Program-made: the position numbers and the translations under genes
Notes under the pieces: model-generated
The model's database searches: none
What the model saw: the letters and a program-made list of their open reading frames with translations, nothing else
What the model was told of the DNA's origin: nothing
Shown: positions 34,545 through 42,775 of the stretch, piece after piece
How positions within the stretch are numbered: position 1 is the stretch's first letter
Layout of the letters: each line of letters begins with the position of its first letter
Assembly: GCA_964610305.1 (NCBI GenBank)
Contig: CAZSVL010000001.1
Location: forward strand, 6,083 to 70,082
Reading direction: 5' to 3'
DNA: 64,000 bases
Source: an uncultured Gammaproteobacteria bacterium
GTDB taxonomy: Bacteria; Patescibacteriota; Patescibacteriia; Magasanikbacterales; JBBTXJ01

Positions 34545-35642
34545 ATGGTAAAAAGAAAATTTCAAAAACGCTACAACGCCACAAAAGCATGGCTGCAAAA
34601 ACATGAGCGCGTGCTCATACCCGCCACGCTGGTTTTTGGTGTGGTGGTGGATGCTATTACGTTTGCCACCATAGATGTGGTTCTGGCTTTTTCTCTTTTG
34701 ATTGGCCATGTGCTTTTGGTGGGGTGGGCTATTGCGTTTTTGCAAGGATATGACGCGCGTGTTTTCTCGCATAAAAGCCGCGTTTTTCAGTATGGCAGGC
34801 TAATTGTGCCGTATGTAATTCAGTTTAGTTTTGGTGCGCTGCTCTCTGCGGTGTTTATTTTTTATGTCTTCTCTGGCTCTATTTGGGTAAGCTGGCCTTT
34901 TGTACTTTTGGTGGTGGTTCTGATGATCTCAAACGATGTCTTTAGAAAATACTACATGCGTGCCACCATCCAAATGGGCCTCTACTTTTTTATTTTGTTT
35001 GCGCTAAGCTCTGTGATGCTTCCGTACGTGCTGCAAAAAATGGGCGCGTGGCTTTTTGTGTTTTCTGGCGTTTTTGCCATTGGTCTTATTTGGGGTTATA
35101 TAAAATGGCTCGCCGGATTTGTTCCTACCATTTCTTTTGGTATAAAACGATTTGAAAAGCCCATTATTACTATTTTTATCATCATGAACGCGCTGTATTT
35201 TCTTAATGTTATCCCGCCGGTGCCGCTCTCTTTGCGTGATTCTGTGGTAGCCCATAGTGTTGCAAGAAGCTCTGCGGGCTATTCGCTTCAGGTTGAAAAA
35301 CAATCGTTTTTTCAAAGATTTGTGCCGGGGCAGAGGATTTATCGCCAAGATGGCGAGCCTGTGGTAGTATACACGGCCATATTTGCTCCGGGTAGCTTGC
35401 GTGCTCGCGTTTATCATAACTGGCAGCATAAAGAAAATGGCGCTTGGGTTTCTAAGGGAAGATTCTCTTATACCGTTTTTGGTGGTCGGCAAGATGGCTT
35501 TAGAGGATACTCTCAAAAATCTACCTTAGATCCGGGAAGCTGGCGCGTAGATGTAGAGACAGAGCGTGGTCAGGTTATGGGGCGAGTGAGATTTTCAATA
35601 AAAGAAGGGGATTTTGGAGAACTTGAGACAATTATTAAGTAA
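34545..35642 (+). CDS. polytopic membrane protein with a C-terminal extracytoplasmic beta-rich domain (possibly DUF2914-like)
   Basis: Six or more TM helices, then VYHNWQHKENGAWVSKGRFSYTVFGG...; weak family assignment. Confidence 0.45.
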   Translation: MVKRKFQKRYNATKAWLQKHERVLIPATLVFGVVVDAITFATIDVVLAFSLLIGHVLLVGWAIAFLQGYDARVFSHKSRVFQYGRLIVPYVIQFSFGALLSAVFIFYVFSGSIWVSWPFVLLVVVLMISNDVFRKYYMRATIQMGLYFFILFALSSVMLPYVLQKMGAWLFVFSGVFAIGLIWGYIKWLAGFVPTISFGIKRFEKPIITIFIIMNALYFLNVIPPVPLSLRDSVVAHSVARSSAGYSLQVEKQSFFQRFVPGQRIYRQDGEPVVVYTAIFAPGSLRARVYHNWQHKENGAWVSKGRFSYTVFGGRQDGFRGYSQKSTLDPGSWRVDVETERGQVMGRVRFSIKEGDFGELETIIK

Positions 35643-35650
35643 ACTATTCT

Positions 35651-35727
35651 GTGAGATCCCGGATATTTTGCTCCGCAAAATTCCGGGATGACGTGGCGGA
35701 TGATTCCCAAAATTTCGGGATGACAAG
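35651..35727 (-). repeat. type-1 hairpin repeat plus an adjacent partial second copy
   Basis: GTGAGATCCCGGATATTTTGCTCCGCAAAATTCCGGGATGAC, then GATTCCCAAAATTTCGGGATGACAAG. Confidence 0.65.
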
Positions 35728-35735
35728 ATAAAAGT

Positions 35736-36230
35736 ATGCAATTACCAAAAAGAAAACCAGGAAAATATACGCAGAGGGATTTTGATCCGCATATTACGCA
35801 GGCTAAATTTGATGAGCTCTCAGAAAAGCTCGCAAAGCTGAGAAAAAAGAAAATGCCAGCAGCCGCAGAGGTAAGGCGAACCGCAGCAAACGGGGATTTT
35901 TCAGAAAACGCAGAATATCAACAGGCAAAGGGTAGGTTGCGCGGGATCAATCGGCGTATAGATATTTTAGATAATCAGTTAAAGCGTGCCGTAATCATAA
36001 AAAGCGGTGGTGGAGATTTGGTGGCGCTTGGCAGCACTGTAACAGTAGAGATAAACGGAAAAGAAAAAAAGATAACTATTTTAGGATCCTCAGAAACCGA
36101 TCCATCAAAAGGAATAGTCTCCCAGAGCTCTCCCATCGGCAGCTTGCTCATGGGTGCAAAAGTGGGGCAGACGCTGCATTTAGAAAGAGGGGATAAAAAA
36201 ATTGAGTATAGAGTTCTAAATATAGAATAA
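35736..36230 (+). CDS. greA: transcription elongation factor GreA
   Basis: Coiled-coil N-domain (FDELSEKLAKLRKK...GDFSENAEYQQAKGRL) and FKBP-like C-domain. Confidence 0.9.
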   Translation: MQLPKRKPGKYTQRDFDPHITQAKFDELSEKLAKLRKKKMPAAAEVRRTAANGDFSENAEYQQAKGRLRGINRRIDILDNQLKRAVIIKSGGGDLVALGSTVTVEINGKEKKITILGSSETDPSKGIVSQSSPIGSLLMGAKVGQTLHLERGDKKIEYRVLNIE

Positions 36231-36258
36231 AAAGAGCGAGGACGAATCCTCGCATGTG

Positions 36259-38070
36259 CTAGTTGAGTTTAATGTCATCTACGCAGACCATGCCGTCATA
36301 GGGGTGCGCAAGTTTGATTTCAAACCCCCACATTCGCACAGGAGTTTCAGGGGGTCCTCCATCCCAGTGCAGTTCTTCACGTAGAAGCTCGCCTTCAAAT
36401 ACACGCATTCTTGGTGTTAGGTGAGAAAACGTGGTTTTTTTCTTTACCACATCCTTAGCTGATAGCTGCGCAAAGATCGTTCCGCCATAGACGGTTGCAC
36501 CATCATAGTCAACAATGGTGTTGTATCCCGTGATTTGCTTGCGATAATACGTGTTCATGATCCGCCCGTCTATGCACTTATCAATAAACGGGAAGATATC
36601 TCCTACATAGTCCCACCCATCGCAGTCTTCTTCTTTTTCATAAGGCACTGCTTCTCTCACGGCCCGTTGGTGGGTTCTCCTTGGCTCCCTTTTTTTTGCT
36701 AACCCTGCAGCTCGCAAACTGGCAGTAATGGTTTTCCATCCGGCAGAGAGCTTTTTTGGTTTTTGGGGTTTATCAACCCTTCTTTGTGTTTGAGCCCAAG
36801 AAAGGGGAGGTCTGTTACCTTCAATAACATTGTGATTAAGGACAACTCTGTTAGAGCTGGCTCCTGATGCCGCGTAAATTTTGTTATTGTGACTCACTGA
36901 AATGCGTACGTCTCTACCAAATACCGCAAACGAGAGCACGCGCATTCTTTGTTTCCACGTTAACTCCGTTTTTATGGGAATACGAATTGTTCCCTGTCTA
37001 TACACGCAGGCGCAGTGATTTCCGTCATAGCATTGAGTATTTTCTGGTAGCGCATCAAGCTTCCATCCGCCGGACATTTTTAGAACACCTTCACTGCCAC
37101 CTTCAAAATTGTGATGCAAAGGTAGCGCGGGTTTGAGATGATCTATCTTTGTAGGCGCTTGATGAGCTGCTTTAAGTTGAGCTGGCGCTGTCTTTATCGG
37201 TGTCTTCTTAGTTTCTGGCTCTCTTTCTTGTGGGGGAAGTGTAACTTTGCGCACCAGCGCTCTGGTTGCACTCTCACACGGCTGTCCTGTCTCAGGATTT
37301 CTAATGGGAATGCGGCTGTAACGGTATCCGCCATCTACCATCTCACAAAACCATACCGTTGCCTCGCCTGTATTGAGGTTAAAGAAAACCTCTGGTTTTT
37401 CGGCATAGTAAATAGGCGGCTTATTTTCTTTTGCATCGTTCAAATACTGAGCAACTTCTGGAATCATGTAGTGGCACTTTGCTCCAGTAGTGCGCTCAAC
37501 AGCGCCAGGAGAACCGCACCGTTTTACCTTGCCGTTATCCAGTAGCGCATAGCCAGATTTGGTTTTTCCATCAAGAGAGAAGGTAAGCTCATCCTCAATG
37601 AGATAGCGTGCAAGGGAAAAGCTAGCTACAGCGGCAAACCAAATGGCAAGGCCTACATTGCGCTTCCATTCTTGCGAGGAAAGTGAGAATTTAATGGCCA
37701 GTGCTGCCGGCAAAGCTGCTATGGCAGCAATGAAGGTAGCCAGGTTAAATGCAAGACCAAGCTCTGAGACAAGCTTGTCTCTAACGTAATCAAACGCATA
37801 AAATGCGTAAATAGTAGTTGAGGTGGCACTAAATCCCACGGTGAGTGTAATGAGGCCACCAATGACTAGCCATCTGGTAATAGTGCGCCGTTTAAATCTT
37901 TTTGCCAGCAGTTCAGAATCGACAGCGTCCTGCGCGTCTGTTTTTTCTTCAAAGATGTCAGCACGCTCTTGTAGTGTTGTCCAGATACCATAGCAAATAA
38001 GCAGCACAATAATAGCGGTAATAACCATGCTCATCTCCTTGTTGTCAAGGTTCAGATCCATTATGGACAT
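36259..38070 (-). CDS. hypothetical large membrane-anchored protein (603 aa)
   Basis: N-terminal TM helices, Cys-containing soluble region; no family recognised. Confidence 0.45.
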   Translation of the reverse strand: MSIMDLNLDNKEMSMVITAIIVLLICYGIWTTLQERADIFEEKTDAQDAVDSELLAKRFKRRTITRWLVIGGLITLTVGFSATSTTIYAFYAFDYVRDKLVSELGLAFNLATFIAAIAALPAALAIKFSLSSQEWKRNVGLAIWFAAVASFSLARYLIEDELTFSLDGKTKSGYALLDNGKVKRCGSPGAVERTTGAKCHYMIPEVAQYLNDAKENKPPIYYAEKPEVFFNLNTGEATVWFCEMVDGGYRYSRIPIRNPETGQPCESATRALVRKVTLPPQEREPETKKTPIKTAPAQLKAAHQAPTKIDHLKPALPLHHNFEGGSEGVLKMSGGWKLDALPENTQCYDGNHCACVYRQGTIRIPIKTELTWKQRMRVLSFAVFGRDVRISVSHNNKIYAASGASSNRVVLNHNVIEGNRPPLSWAQTQRRVDKPQKPKKLSAGWKTITASLRAAGLAKKREPRRTHQRAVREAVPYEKEEDCDGWDYVGDIFPFIDKCIDGRIMNTYYRKQITGYNTIVDYDGATVYGGTIFAQLSAKDVVKKKTTFSHLTPRMRVFEGELLREELHWDGGPPETPVRMWGFEIKLAHPYDGMVCVDDIKLN

Positions 38071-38101
38071 GTCTTGCTAAGCGTGTCAAGGGTTGGGGGA
38101 T

Positions 38102-38127
38102 AAAAAAATCGCCCGGTCAGGGGCGAG
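38102..38127 (-). terminator. terminator after the NUDIX gene
   Basis: TCGCCC-GGTCAG-GGGCGA hairpin with a T-run on the minus strand. Confidence 0.5.
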
Positions 38128-38131
38128 TTGC

Positions 38132-38797
38132 TTAATGCAGATCTGCCAGCAAAAGCGCAATGGCTGCTCTTGTTACCTGGTCTGGCGTAAGCTTTACGGC
38201 AGATTGCCACTTGAAAAATCCTAGCGCGCCTTCTGCATTGGGATTTTTTATGTGGTTGTCTCCCAGTCTTTTATAGGGCACTCTTCCTTGGTAATCGTAG
38301 TTGTAGTGCAGGAATCGTGCGGGGATCTCCATGGCGTAGACGGGTCTTCCTGCGCATCGGTCTGGCTCTGCTTGGCTCCATAGCCTATCCATTACCGAAG
38401 GAGCTCCAGAAAGCAGCCTTGCTTCCCGCATGTCTAGGCCAGATTCTTCAAAGGCCTCGCGCGCCTGCGCTACTTGCGGCTGCTCTCCTTCATCTATCAT
38501 GCCGCCCATGGCGTTCCAGATTGGCTTATCGCTTAGGTTGGGTCTGGTTTCTCGCACTAGGCCAACCAGTAGATTTCCGTCTTTGTCAATACAGTAAGGT
38601 AGTGTGGAAACGCCACCTTTGCCGCCCTCGCGGAAAATAATACTGTCATATCCTTCCGGCCTCAGACCGTAGATAATTTCTGCAAACCGAGAGGTAATAC
38701 GAACCATGCTGCATTTTACTGGCGCAAGCTTTCCGTCTAAATAAATTTTCCAATCTTGTTTGTGATCTTCTGGTACAGGAACGATTTTAAAGGTCAT
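38132..38797 (-). CDS. NUDIX hydrolase
   Basis: GGMIDEGEQPQVAQAREAFEESGLD matches the Nudix box Gx5Ex7REUxEExGU. Confidence 0.75.
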   Translation of the reverse strand: MTFKIVPVPEDHKQDWKIYLDGKLAPVKCSMVRITSRFAEIIYGLRPEGYDSIIFREGGKGGVSTLPYCIDKDGNLLVGLVRETRPNLSDKPIWNAMGGMIDEGEQPQVAQAREAFEESGLDMREARLLSGAPSVMDRLWSQAEPDRCAGRPVYAMEIPARFLHYNYDYQGRVPYKRLGDNHIKNPNAEGALGFFKWQSAVKLTPDQVTRAAIALLLADLH

Positions 38798-38891
38798 TGC
38801 ACCTCCTTTTTGTTTATACACGTTTACCACAATACTGATTTTTTTTCAAGAAAAAACCGCCGAGATCGCATTGATCTGGGCGGGGTTGTTG

Positions 38892-39605
38892 TTAGGCGGC
38901 CGTGACCATCTCCAGGTACTCATCCGCCTGCTGGCGGAGGATCCGGTGAACTGACGCCGTGCCCTCATACGAGACGGGGTTGTCTCCGTTGATGAACACT
39001 TCGCCCGTCAGGGGGTCAATCATCACGCTGTGAAACGGATGATCATCTGCCTTGAAGGTAAACGTCATCTGACCGGGCAGAAAGTCGTTCTCGTAGTCCA
39101 CGTCGGCGCTCAGCGAAATGCCCCAGTCCTCACGCAGCTTGTCAGGCAAGTAGTCGCCAAACTGCATCATGCTGTCCATCAGGGCGAGCGCCTGTCCGCG
39201 CAAAAGGGCAGCCTGAGCGCGCCTGCTAGGCAGGGGCTTGGCATGCAGCTTGAGGTCCTCGTGAAGATCCAGCGGCTCCACCCGCTCAAGGTGGCGTCCA
39301 ATAAAGCTCATGTCCCTGCGACAATCCGGATTCTTGAGCTCAACGCGGATAGTACGCTCCGGGCATGCCTGCCAGTTAAGCATCTCTGCAGCCTTTTCAG
39401 CCATGGGCAGATCCTGCTCATGGATCGTGATGTGATGGAAATAGTGAGTAGTCAGCAAATGCTTAACTCCTGTGATTCCATCTTCCCTGAAAACCAGAGC
39501 CGCTTTGAACACCTTTGGAAGGCGGCTCAGAAGAATGCTTACCGTGACTGTGTCCACGTGTGCCTCCTGTGAAATTGTATAAGGTCCGATACACAAGTAT
39601 AGCAC
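38892..39605 (-). CDS. hypothetical protein with markedly higher GC than its neighbours
   Basis: 237-aa ORF (possibly shorter from MAEKAAEM); GC-rich codons throughout (e.g. CTGGCGGAGGATCCGGTGAACTGACGCCGTGCCCTC) against an AT-richer background. Confidence 0.4.
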   Translation of the reverse strand: MLYLCIGPYTISQEAHVDTVTVSILLSRLPKVFKAALVFREDGITGVKHLLTTHYFHHITIHEQDLPMAEKAAEMLNWQACPERTIRVELKNPDCRRDMSFIGRHLERVEPLDLHEDLKLHAKPLPSRRAQAALLRGQALALMDSMMQFGDYLPDKLREDWGISLSADVDYENDFLPGQMTFTFKADDHPFHSVMIDPLTGEVFINGDNPVSYEGTASVHRILRQQADEYLEMVTAA

Positions 39606-39713
39606 ATTTCAGCACTTTTGTCAAGAGGTAAACGTCTTTTTTTGGCTTAAATTAGCCAAGTTTTTGATCACTCTTTGACCTCGCCAGCGGGGTGTGAAAC
39701 AATACCCATACTC

Positions 39714-41507
39714 ATGCAAGAATTACTTAAAAAACACTTTGGTTTTGATGATTTTCGGCCGCTCCAGAGAGACGTTATTGATGCGGTGATGGAGGAGAAG
39801 GATTGTCTTGTTTTAATGCCCACTGGCGGCGGCAAGTCTTTGTGTTATCAGTTACCTTCTTTGGCACTGCCGGGAGTAACGCTGGTGATATCTCCTTTGG
39901 TGGCGCTGATGAAGGATCAGGTTGATGCGCTTGTGCAGCTGGGGATTCGCGCAGCGTGCATAAATAGTACCATGACCGCAGCGCAGAGCAGGGCGGTTCA
40001 TGCTAGGGCAGAGGCGGGGGAGCTAGATTTGCTCTATTGCGCGCCAGAGCGGCTTGCTAGTGGATGGTTTCAAGGGTTTGTGTCCCGGCTCAATGTCAAT
40101 TTAATTGCCATAGATGAGGCTCATTGTATCTCTCAATGGGGACATGAGTTTAGGCCGGAGTATCGCAATTTAAGAATTCTGCGTCAGCTGTTGCCGCAGG
40201 TTTCTGTTATTGCGCTCACGGCAACTGCCACACCTCAGGTTCAAAAAGATATTCAAGCGCAACTCATTCTCAGGGATCCTGAGATTTTTATTTCTAGCTT
40301 TAATCGTGAAAACTTGCGTTATTTGGTGCAGCCTAAAAGGGATAGTTTTGCCAGACTGCTCACGGTTTTGGATCAACATAAAGGAGAGAGTGTTATAATT
40401 TATTGTTTTTCAAGAAAAGATACAGAAAAGCTAGCAAAAAAACTTCAGGAGCAGCTTATAGATGCGCGGGCTTATCACGCGGGGCTGCCAGCAAAAGAGC
40501 GCACGTCCGTTCAAGAGCTTTTCATAAAGGATCAGATACCTATTATTGTGGCTACTATTGCTTTTGGTATGGGAATAGATAAGCCAGATATCAGGCTTGT
40601 GGTGCATTTTAATCTGCCCAAAACCGTAGAGGGTTATTATCAGGAGACCGGGCGTGCTGGGCGTGATGGATTGCCGGCAGATTGCGTTTTGTTTTATTCA
40701 TATGGCGACAGAAGCAAACACGAGTTTTTTATAAATCAACTAGAAGATGAGAGAGAGCGGCTTAAGGCAAAGCAAAAACTGCAGGATGTTGTAAGGCTTT
40801 GCGAGACCACCACCTGCCGCCGCGCATATGTGCTTGAATATTTTGGAGAAGAGGTTGATTACAGCAATTGCAAGTTGTGCGATACCTGTTTGTGGCCAAA
40901 AAAGGAGTTTGACGCAACGGTAGTAACACAAAAAATTCTCTCAACTATCTTAAGAACCGGCGAGCGTTTTGGAGCGGCGCACATTGTTCGTGTGTTGGCC
41001 GGTTCAAGCGACAAAAAAGTCTTAGAGATGGGTCATGATAAATTATCTGTTTATGGAATAGAAAAAGACTACTCAAGAAAACAGCTGCAGGAGATCTTCA
41101 GAATGATTGTAGATAAAGATCTTATTGAAAGGGCGAGTTTAGAATTTCCTACCTGGAGGGTGAGCAATCAGGGAAGACAATGGCTTAATGACAGAGAAAA
41201 ACTCATGCTTTCTGAGCCGCAGCTGGATACGCATGTAAAGGCGCGGGAGAAAATTGAGGATAGCAATTATGACAGAGGATTATTCTCTGAGCTCAGAGCC
41301 CTCAGAAAGCAAATAGCAGATGAACAACAAGTACCACCTTTTGTAGTGTTTGGGGATAAATCCTTGCAGCACATGGCAGAGGCTCTGCCCAAGACGCTCA
41401 ATGAATTCTCGCTGATTTTTGGCGTGGGAGAGCACAAGCAAAAAAGATACGGCCCTGCTTTTACCAAAGCCATAGAAAAGTATTGCGCGCTTAATAATTT
41501 GGCTTAG
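39714..41507 (+). CDS. recQ: ATP-dependent DNA helicase RecQ
   Basis: FRPLQ, motif I LMPTGGGKSLCYQLP, DEAHCISQWGHEFR, zinc-binding and winged-helix regions, C-terminal HRDC; the ORF-track start at 39675 is also possible. Confidence 0.9.
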   Translation: MQELLKKHFGFDDFRPLQRDVIDAVMEEKDCLVLMPTGGGKSLCYQLPSLALPGVTLVISPLVALMKDQVDALVQLGIRAACINSTMTAAQSRAVHARAEAGELDLLYCAPERLASGWFQGFVSRLNVNLIAIDEAHCISQWGHEFRPEYRNLRILRQLLPQVSVIALTATATPQVQKDIQAQLILRDPEIFISSFNRENLRYLVQPKRDSFARLLTVLDQHKGESVIIYCFSRKDTEKLAKKLQEQLIDARAYHAGLPAKERTSVQELFIKDQIPIIVATIAFGMGIDKPDIRLVVHFNLPKTVEGYYQETGRAGRDGLPADCVLFYSYGDRSKHEFFINQLEDERERLKAKQKLQDVVRLCETTTCRRAYVLEYFGEEVDYSNCKLCDTCLWPKKEFDATVVTQKILSTILRTGERFGAAHIVRVLAGSSDKKVLEMGHDKLSVYGIEKDYSRKQLQEIFRMIVDKDLIERASLEFPTWRVSNQGRQWLNDREKLMLSEPQLDTHVKAREKIEDSNYDRGLFSELRALRKQIADEQQVPPFVVFGDKSLQHMAEALPKTLNEFSLIFGVGEHKQKRYGPAFTKAIEKYCALNNLA

Positions 41508-41544
41508 TTGTGGTATAATAACGGCACGCTCAAAGGGTGCGACT

Positions 41545-41584
41545 GTCATCCCGGAATTTTGCGAAGCAAAATATCCGGGATCTC
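41545..41584 (+). repeat. solo type-1 hairpin repeat
   Basis: GTCATCCCGGAATTTTGCGAAGCAAAATATCCGGGATCTC, essentially identical to 17355-17394. Confidence 0.7.
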
Positions 41585-41634
41585 CCAGAAAATAAAAAAT
41601 CAATTTTATCTTCAAAAAGAAAGGAGGTGCAAAA

Positions 41635-41841
41635 ATGAAAAATCTACACATGCTCACTTGGCTGTTGGTAGTAATTGGTGCGCTCAACTGGGGAGTTTAC
41701 GCTCTGTTTGGTTGGGAAGTAGGCCAGCTGTTTGGTGGAATGGACGCAACGGCGTCTAAGGTAATTTATATATTGGTAGGTGCGTCTGCGGTACTGGAGC
41801 TCATGGGACACAAAAAAGGCTGCAAAGCGTGCTCAAAATAA
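41635..41841 (+). CDS. DUF378-family small membrane protein
   Basis: LTWLLVVIGALNWGVYALFGWEVGQLFGG...KVIYILVGASAV, two-TM DUF378 pattern. Confidence 0.65.
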   Translation: MKNLHMLTWLLVVIGALNWGVYALFGWEVGQLFGGMDATASKVIYILVGASAVLELMGHKKGCKACSK

Positions 41842-41908
41842 GGTTATTTGCAAAATCGGCCGCCAGCCGATTTTGTTTTTTACATATGATCAGGTAAACT
41901 ACAGCTCT

Positions 41909-42775
41909 ATGCCCGATAAATACACCGCTACGTGGACATCTCACAGTTCTATTTCTGATTTTTTGCAGTGCCCTAGAGCTTATTATTTAAAAAATGTTTA
42001 TAGGGATCCTAAGGCTAATGTGAAAGTAAAGCTGATGACTCCTGCCTTGGCACTGGGGAGTGCCGTGCATGAAGCACTGGAGAGCTTGTCTGTGGTAAAA
42101 ACTGAGGATCGTTTTAAAATTCCTTTGCAAGAGCGTTTTGAGATGGCGTGGAAGAAAGTGAGTGGGAAAAAGGGTGGTTTTTTTGATGATCAGACGGAGA
42201 ATCAGTTTAAGAATCGCGGGCGCGAGATGATTAGGCGCGCAAATGAGCACCGCGGCCCGTTAGAGCGTCTGGCAGTAAAGATAAAAAAGGACCTCCCATA
42301 TTTTTGGCTATCAGAAGAAGAGAATATTATTTTGTGCGGCAGAATTGACTGGCTTGAATATTTAAAAGAGAGCGACAGCGTAAACATCATTGATTTTAAA
42401 ACCGGGAAAAATAAGGAAAAGCAGGGATCTTTGCAGCTTCCTATTTATTTGCTTTTGGTAAAGAATTGCCAGGGCAGAAAAGTGAGCAAGGCAAGCTATT
42501 GGTATCTTGCTACCGATGACGCGCCAGTAGAGCAGCCTTTGCCAGATGAAAAGGAGGCGTTTGAAAAAGTGCTAGAGGTGGCGCGGAAAATAAAATTGGC
42601 ACGGCAACTGAAAAAATTTGATTGCCCACGCGGTTCTGAGGGATGCTTTGCTTGTGCTGACATGGAGGCCGTCATTGCCGGAAAGGCAGAGCTGGTTGGA
42701 GAAGATGATTTTGGCGCTCAGGTATATGTTTTGGCAAGTAAGCCAGAAGAAAAAGAAGAAAGCGTTATTTTATAG
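41909..42775 (+). CDS. PD-(D/E)XK (RecB/Cas4-like) nuclease with a 1+3 cysteine cluster
   Basis: N-terminal Cys (FLQCPRAYY), GRIDWLEY...IIDFKTGK (D...DxK), C-terminal CPRGSEGCFAC. Confidence 0.55.
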   Translation: MPDKYTATWTSHSSISDFLQCPRAYYLKNVYRDPKANVKVKLMTPALALGSAVHEALESLSVVKTEDRFKIPLQERFEMAWKKVSGKKGGFFDDQTENQFKNRGREMIRRANEHRGPLERLAVKIKKDLPYFWLSEEENIILCGRIDWLEYLKESDSVNIIDFKTGKNKEKQGSLQLPIYLLLVKNCQGRKVSKASYWYLATDDAPVEQPLPDEKEAFEKVLEVARKIKLARQLKKFDCPRGSEGCFACADMEAVIAGKAELVGEDDFGAQVYVLASKPEEKEESVIL

